The translations under genes were made by a program, and so were the position numbers. A stretch of DNA of 64,000 nt from Clavelina lepadiformis (Eukaryota): assembly GCF_947623445.1 (NCBI RefSeq), contig NC_135246.1, positions 18,964,288 to 19,028,287 of the forward strand. Reading direction: 5' to 3'. The notes under the pieces are model-generated. The model was not told where the DNA came from, searched no databases, and saw only the letters and a program-made list of their open reading frames with translations. Positions 57,911 to 64,000 of the stretch are shown one piece after another; within the stretch, counting starts at the first letter, position 1; each line of letters opens with the position of its first letter.

Positions 57911-59660
57911 TGTGCTTAATGTGAAATGCAAATAGATAAAATGGCACTTTTCTCGAATCACTAGATAGATTCCACCATGTCGGTGTTTCCGGAATCTTCT
58001 CCTGACTTTCAAATCTGACAAGATGAAAATGTAGCTAGCGTAGTCTAGATAAAAATCTAGCTAGTGTAGTCTAGATGAAAATGAAGCTAGCGTAGTCTAG
58101 ATGAAAATCAAGCTAGCGTAGTCTAGATGAAAATCAAGCAAGCGTAGTCTAGATGAAAATCAAGCTAGCGTAGTCTAGATGAAAATCAAGCTGATTTCGA
58201 GACCTAGCTACGCCTACGTCTCTGTAGTGTATTAACTATAAGCTAGTTTCAACTAAATTTTAAGTATTAAAGTAAACTTCTGTTATTTTCTTAAGGGGTC
58301 ATGTCCCAATTCAAAGAGATAGGCTTTTCAATGCAAAGTACATTAAATCAAGAAGCTACCAACGCAAAACTACATCATAAACCTACCCTGAATTTTGGCT
58401 TGCAACAAGACCTAGGTTATGTCTGTCTACAGTCTTAATTTGGACAAAATCCTTGTACTCAGTTTTCTATAACAATTGCCTAAACTTTACAACAAGTTTT
58501 TAGCTTAACATTTTATGACAAATACTCCAAAAAAACAAAAATTCAAACCCACACAAAATTTACAACTTAGCCTAGACCTGGAACCAGCTGTCGTCAAAGC
58601 AACGACGAACTACTCCACATCGACGTCACATGCGCATTGGACCGGAAAATTTTTACTTTTTTTAATATGACGCATTGAGTGCGACACGGTCACAATCACT
58701 GTGTTGCCGGCACAAAATTGTCGTTTTATTGGGAAGTGACCCCTTAAACGTGAAGAAATTCATAAATTTTAGTTTTACTTATGACTATATCTATATATAG
58801 ATATCTATATATATTATATAAGGTAAGTGATTAGGATTAGGATTAGGTGATTAGTAGGGCAAGTTTTTGCAACTTTTGCAACTTTTTTTACAGCTTCCGG
58901 CAGCTTCCTAAATACTCAGGATTTATGTGAGTCTAGCCAGCTGGTGGTCTAGACACCAATCAGCTGGTGGTCTAGACGGTCAAATGGTCATCAAACGGTT
59001 GTTGGCTCGTCGCTCTGCGGCTCGCTGGTTTGAACCTGCAGCTTGTCTGTCGACGTTCTCCGGTTTTTCCACTGTGCTATGAGTTCCCCCCACCCACCCT
59101 ATGCTTTCTGCGCATCTTGACTTTATTGCTTTAGGACTTTGGGCGTTTTTGCAATATTATTGTGCACTTTAACGCAGTCGGACTTACAATCTCGCAAGAA
59201 AAGCAGGAGGTGGGTGGACAAGGTTTGGAACCTGCAAACTCTGGGAGGATATTCGGCAACTTACAACCAGAGCAGTATTAACCGGTGTTGATATCTTGTT
59301 ATTATGCAATACCTAAATTATTCCAACATCAGTAGTTGTTACGGCTGTTAAACTTTAGTTACTGTACATTGCTTTCGTCAACCAAAATATGTTGCAAATT
59401 ACCCGCTCTGCCTTCAGTCAGGCCAATGGCGCAGCATCCTGATGCACATTAGGTGGAGAGTAAAGTTTAGTGAATAACAATCCAAAGGTTCCCGGTTCAA
59501 ACCCAGGACCTTGCAAGTCCGTTTCGGCGTATAAACTTGAATTCCAAATGTTTTCATTGGTTTTTTTAAAAAATACACCACAACTGTGCTTAATGTTCAA
59601 TGCAAATAGATAAAATCGCACTTTTCGCAAATCACTTATGGAAGCGTGATTCCAATTCCG

Positions 59661-59742
59661 CGTTGTCGGCAGGATTCGAACCTAAGCGGGCAGAGCCCAG
59701 CAGATTTCTAGTCTGTCGCCTTAACCACTCGGCCACGACAAC
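59661..59742 (-). tRNA. tRNA-Ser (anticodon AGA)
   Basis: array copy. Confidence 0.85.
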
Positions 59743-59819
59743 TGTGCTTAATGCATAGATGAAATAGTTAAAATACCACATTTCCGAATATCCATATGAA
59801 ATTGCAAAAGTAATATCGG

Positions 59820-59901
59820 CGTTGTCGGCAGGATTCGAACCTACGCGGGCTGGGCCCAACAGATTTCGAGTCTGTCGCCTTAACCACTCGGCCACGACAA
59901 C
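59820..59901 (-). tRNA. tRNA-Ser (anticodon CGA)
   Basis: array copy. Confidence 0.9.
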
Positions 59902-59978
59902 TGTGCTTAATGCATAGATGAAATAGATAAAATCGCACTTTTCCGAATATCCATATGAAATTGCAAAAGTAATATCGG

Positions 59979-60060
59979 CGTTGTCGGCAGGATTCGAACC
60001 TACGCGGGCATAGCCTAACAGATTTCAAGTCTGTCGCCTTAACCACTCGGCCACGACAAC
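59979..60060 (-). tRNA. tRNA-Ser (anticodon TGA)
   Basis: array copy. Confidence 0.85.
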
Positions 60061-60304
60061 TGTGCTTAATGTGAAATGCAAATAGATAAAATGGCACTTT
60101 TCTCGAATCACTAGATAGATTCCACCATGTCGGTGTTTCCGGAATCTTCTCCTGACTTTCAAATCTGACAAGATGAAAATGTAGCTAGCGTAGTCTAGAT
60201 AAAAATCTAGCTAGTGTAGTCTAGATGAAAATGAAGCTAGCGTAGTCTAGATGAAAATCAAGCTAGCGTAGTCTAGATGAAAATCAAGCAAGCGTAGTCT
60301 AGAT

Positions 60305-60642
60305 CAGGGCTTCTCAAACTATGGGTCGCGACCCCAAATGGGGTCGCGTAATGAAATTTTGGGGTCGTAATGAAATAGTTTAATTTAGTCTAGTGCCGGT
60401 AGGTTGTAGTCTTGCCATGATGTCAATCTGAAGTGGCCAAGTTTTTCAAAAAATCACATGGAAATGACTGCATTTTAGGGCCGTTATGTAAGCGGTCCTT
60501 GATGACTTTACAACCAGCCCGGCCTGTGCACATGGATTAACATGGATTTAATGTCATTAACGTGAATGTCCCCATAATGGGGTCGCATAGAAATATCTTT
60601 TCCAAAATGGGGTCGCAGAACAAAAAAGTTTGAGAAGCCCTG
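60305..60642. mobile_element. hAT-like MITE-A, copy 2, same insertion site and TSD as copy 1
   Basis: identical TIRs and GTCTAGAT duplication. Confidence 0.8.
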
Positions 60643-62156
60643 GTCTAGATGAAAATCAAGCTAGCGTAGTCTAGATGAAAATCAAGCTGATTTCGAGACC
60701 TAGCTACGCCTACGTCTCTGTAGTGTATTAACTATAAGCTAGTTTCAACTAAATTTTAAGTATTAAAGTAAACTTCTGTTATTTTCTTAAGGGGTCATGT
60801 CCCAATTCAAAGAGATAGGCTTTTCAATGCAAAGTACATTAAATCAAGAAGCTACCAACGCAAAACTACATCATAAACCTACCCTGAATTTTGGCTTGCA
60901 ACAAGACCTAGGTTATGTCTGTCTACAGTCTTAATTTGGACAAAATCCTTGTACTCAGTTTTCTATAACAATTGCCTAAACTTTACAACAAGTTTTTAGC
61001 TTAACATTTTATGACAAATACTCCAAAAAAACAAAAATTCAAACCCACACAAAATTTACAACTTAGCCTAGACCTGGAACCAGCTGTCGTCAAAGCAACG
61101 ACGAACTACTCCACATCGACGTCACATGCGCATTGGACCGGAAAATTTTTACTTTTTTTAATATGACGCATTGAGTGCGACACGGTCACAATCACTGTGT
61201 TGCCGGCACAAAATTGTCGTTTTATTGGGAAGTGACCCCTTAAACGTGAAGAAATTCATAAATTTTAGTTTTACTTATGACTATATCTATATATAGATAT
61301 CTATATATATTATATAAGGTAAGTGATTAGGATTAGGATTAGGTGATTAGTAGGGCAAGTTTTTGCAACTTTTGCAACTTTTTTTACAGCTTCCGGCAGC
61401 TTCCTAAATACTCAGGATTTATGTGAGTCTAGCCAGCTGGTGGTCTAGACACCAATCAGCTGGTGGTCTAGACGGTCAAATGGTCATCAAACGGTTGTTG
61501 GCTCGTCGCTCTGCGGCTCGCTGGTTTGAACCTGCAGCTTGTCTGTCGACGTTCTCCGGTTTTTCCACTGTGCTATGAGTTCCCCCCACCCACCCTATGC
61601 TTTCTGCGCATCTTGACTTTATTGCTTTAGGACTTTGGGCGTTTTTGCAATATTATTGTGCACTTTAACGCAGTCGGACTTACAATCTCGCAAGAAAAGC
61701 AGGAGGTGGGTGGACAAGGTTTGGAACCTGCAAACTCTGGGAGGATATTCGGCAACTTACAACCAGAGCAGTATTAACCGGTGTTGATATCTTGTTATTA
61801 TGCAATACCTAAATTATTCCAACATCAGTAGTTGTTACGGCTGTTAAACTTTAGTTACTGTACATTGCTTTCGTCAACCAGAATATGTTGCAAATTACCC
61901 GCTCTGCCTTCAGTCAGGCCAATGGCGCAGCATCCTGATGCACATTAGGTGGAGAGTAAAGTTTAGTGAATAACAATCCAAAGGTTCCCGGTTCAAACCC
62001 AGGACCTTGCAAGTCCGTTTCGGCGTATAAACTTGAATTCCAAATGTTTTCATTGGTTTTTTTAAAAAATACACCACAACTGTGCTTAATGTTCAATGCA
62101 AATAGATAAAATCGCACTTTTCGCAAATCACTTATGGAAGCGTGATTCCAATTCCG

Positions 62157-62238
62157 CGTTGTCGGCAGGATTCGAACCTAAGCGGGCAGAGCCCAGCAGA
62201 TTTCTAGTCTGTCGCCTTAACCACTCGGCCACGACAAC
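62157..62238 (-). tRNA. tRNA-Ser (anticodon AGA)
   Basis: array copy. Confidence 0.85.
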
Positions 62239-62315
62239 TGTGCTTAATGCATAGATGAAATAGTTAAAATACCACATTTCCGAATATCCATATGAAATTG
62301 CAAAAGTAATATCGG

Positions 62316-62397
62316 CGTTGTCGGCAGGATTCGAACCTACGCGGGCTGGGCCCAACAGATTTCGAGTCTGTCGCCTTAACCACTCGGCCACGACAAC
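62316..62397 (-). tRNA. tRNA-Ser (anticodon CGA)
   Basis: array copy. Confidence 0.9.
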
Positions 62398-62474
62398 TGT
62401 GCTTAATGCATAGATGAAATAGTTAAAATGGCACATTTCCGAATATCCATATGAAATTGCAAAAGTAATATCGG

Positions 62475-62556
62475 CGTTGTCGGCAGGATTCGAACCTACG
62501 CGGGCAGGGCCCAACAGATTTCGAGTCTGTCGCCTTAACCACTCGGCCACGACAAC
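62475..62556 (-). tRNA. tRNA-Ser (anticodon CGA)
   Basis: array copy, variable-arm variant. Confidence 0.85.
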
Positions 62557-62633
62557 TGTGCTTAATGCATAGATGAAATAGATAAAATCGCACTTTTCCG
62601 AATATCCATATGAAATTGCAAAAGTAATATCGG

Positions 62634-62715
62634 CGTTGTCGGCAGGATTCGAACCTACGCGGGCATAGCCTAACAGATTTCAAGTCTGTCGCCTTAACCA
62701 CTCGGCCACGACAAC
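62634..62715 (-). tRNA. tRNA-Ser (anticodon TGA)
   Basis: array copy. Confidence 0.85.
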
Positions 62716-64000
62716 TGTGCTTAATGTGAAATGCAAATAGATAAAATGGCACTTTTCTCGAATCACTAGATAGATTCCACCATGTCGGTGTTTCCGGAAT
62801 CTTCTCCTGACTTTCAAATCTGACAAGATGAAAATGTAGCTAGCGTAGTCTAGATAAAAATCTAGCTAGTGTAGTCTAGATGAAAATGAAGCTAGCGTAG
62901 TCTAGATGAAAATCAAGCTAGCGTAGTCTAGATGAAAATCAAGCAAGCGTAGTCTAGATGAAAATCAAGCTAGCGTAGTCTAGATGAAAATCAAGCTGAT
63001 TTCGAGACCTAGCTACGCCTACGTCTCTGTAGTGTATTAACTATAAGCTAGTTTCAACTAAATTTTAAGTATTAAAGTAAACTTCTGTTATTTTCTTAAG
63101 GGGTCATGTCCCAATTCAAAGAGATAGGCTTTTCAATGCAAAGTACATTAAATCAAGAAGCTACCAACGCAAAACTACATCATAAACCTACCCTGAATTT
63201 TGGCTTGCAACAAGACCTAGGTTATGTCTGTCTACAGTCTTAATTTGGACAAAATCCTTGTACTCAGTTTTCTATAACAATTGCCTAAACTTTACAACAA
63301 GTTTTTAGCTTAACATTTTATGACAAATACTCCAAAAAAACAAAAATTCAAACCCACACAAAATTTACAACTTAGCCTAGACCTGGAACCAGCTGTCGTC
63401 AAAGCAACGACGAACTACTCCACATCGACGTCACATGCGCATTGGACCGGAAAATTTTTACTTTTTTTAATATGACGCATTGAGTGCGACACGGTCACAA
63501 TCACTGTGTTGCCGGCACAAAATTGTCGTTTTATTGGGAAGTGACCCCTTAAACGTGAAGAAATTCATAAATTTTAGTTTTACTTATGACTATATCTATA
63601 TATAGATATCTATATATATTATATAAGGTAAGTGATTAGGATTAGGATTAGGTGATTAGTAGGGCAAGTTTTTGCAACTTTTGCAACTTTTTTTACAGCT
63701 TCCGGCAGCTTCCTAAATACTCAGGATTTATGTGAGTCTAGCCAGCTGGTGGTCTAGACACCAATCAGCTGGTGGTCTAGACGGTCAAATGGTCATCAAA
63801 CGGTTGTTGGCTCGTCGCTCTGCGGCTCGCTGGTTTGAACCTGCAGCTTGTCTGTCGACGTTCTCCGGTTTTTCCACTGTGCTATGAGTTCCCCCCACCC
63901 ACCCTATGCTTTCTGCGCATCTTGACTTTATTGCTTTAGGACTTTGGGCGTTTTTGCAATATTATTGTGCACTTTAACGCAGTCGGACTTACAATCTCGC

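Larger units (their letters stand above)
52654..64000. repeat. higher-order tandem array that continues beyond the window. Base unit is ~2309 bp and carries a minus-strand tRNA-Ser sub-array with a 159-bp period. Units: 52654-55626 (6 tRNAs plus MITE-A), 55627-58288 (MITE-B plus 4 tRNAs), 58289-60784 (3 tRNAs plus MITE-A), 60785-63093 (4 tRNAs), 63094 onward (partial)
   Basis: unit landmarks (tct(t)aaggggtcatgtccc, gtgaccccttaaacgtgaag, ccagctggtggtctagac) recur at 52654, 55627, 58289, 60785 and 63094; unit-length differences are fully explained by tRNA copy number (159 bp each) and the MITE insertions (346 and 368 bp). Confidence 0.9.

Noticed and set aside
54026-62715. CRISPR-like appearance: regular ~80-bp repeats separated by ~77-bp spacers
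   Set aside because: The repeats fold as canonical tRNA-Ser cloverleaves. The spacers are near-identical to one another rather than unique. No cas genes are present. The context is eukaryotic.
53997-62752. Repeated minus-strand ORFs translating to AEWLRRQTRNLLGPARVGSNPADN… and MPFYLFAFHIKHSCRGRVVKATD…
   Set aside because: These are antisense or sense translations of the tandem tRNA-Ser genes and their spacers. The periodic protein repeats mirror the 159-bp DNA period. They are not genes.
1-64000. A prokaryotic-style novel system (defence island, operon or CRISPR), as the task prompt suggested might be present
   Set aside because: The sequence is eukaryotic throughout. It has GT-AG introns, multi-exon genes (a PARP4 with about 30 exons), pol-III tRNA genes with internal A and B boxes, and MITEs with TSDs. 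It has no operons, no Shine-Dalgarno-spaced ORF arrays and no CRISPR repeats. I report what is actually present.

Overview
This window is eukaryotic nuclear DNA, probably from an AT-rich invertebrate metazoan. The evidence: GT-AG introns with gtaagt/gtgagt donors, multi-exon genes, tRNA genes with internal A and B boxes, and MITE-type transposons. It is not a prokaryotic locus. I found no operons, defence islands or CRISPR, and no prokaryote-style system of that kind. The rest of this summary says what the window does contain.

1. 5.7-21 kb holds a family of paralogous short coiled-coil genes on both strands, which I could not assign to a known family. It includes a ~3.9-kb tandem segmental duplication.

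2. 22.7-43.6 kb is a DNA-damage-response neighbourhood. It contains an intronless APEX1-like AP endonuclease and a ~14.5-kb vault-PARP (PARP4) gene of about 30 exons (BRCT, PARP catalytic, VIT and vWA domains, plus a long Ser/Pro-rich exon). That long exon carries an in-frame actin N-terminal-like segment. On the minus strand are a two-exon FAM241-like gene and an intronless PrimPol.

3. 52.65-64.0 kb is a higher-order tandem array with a ~2.3-kb base unit. It carries 17 tRNA-Ser genes on the minus strand with anticodons AGA, CGA and UGA. It is interrupted by two hAT-like MITE insertions that have perfect 8-bp target-site duplications, and by a second MITE with ~35-bp terminal inverted repeats.

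Several other short interspersed or TIR-bearing repeats are present. One is a ~305-bp repeat that occurs twice, in inverted orientation, flanking the 43-kb gene block.

Exon boundaries were read by eye. Treat them as approximate to within a few nucleotides. One place (near 32606-32640) disagrees by 1 nt with the supplied ORF track.
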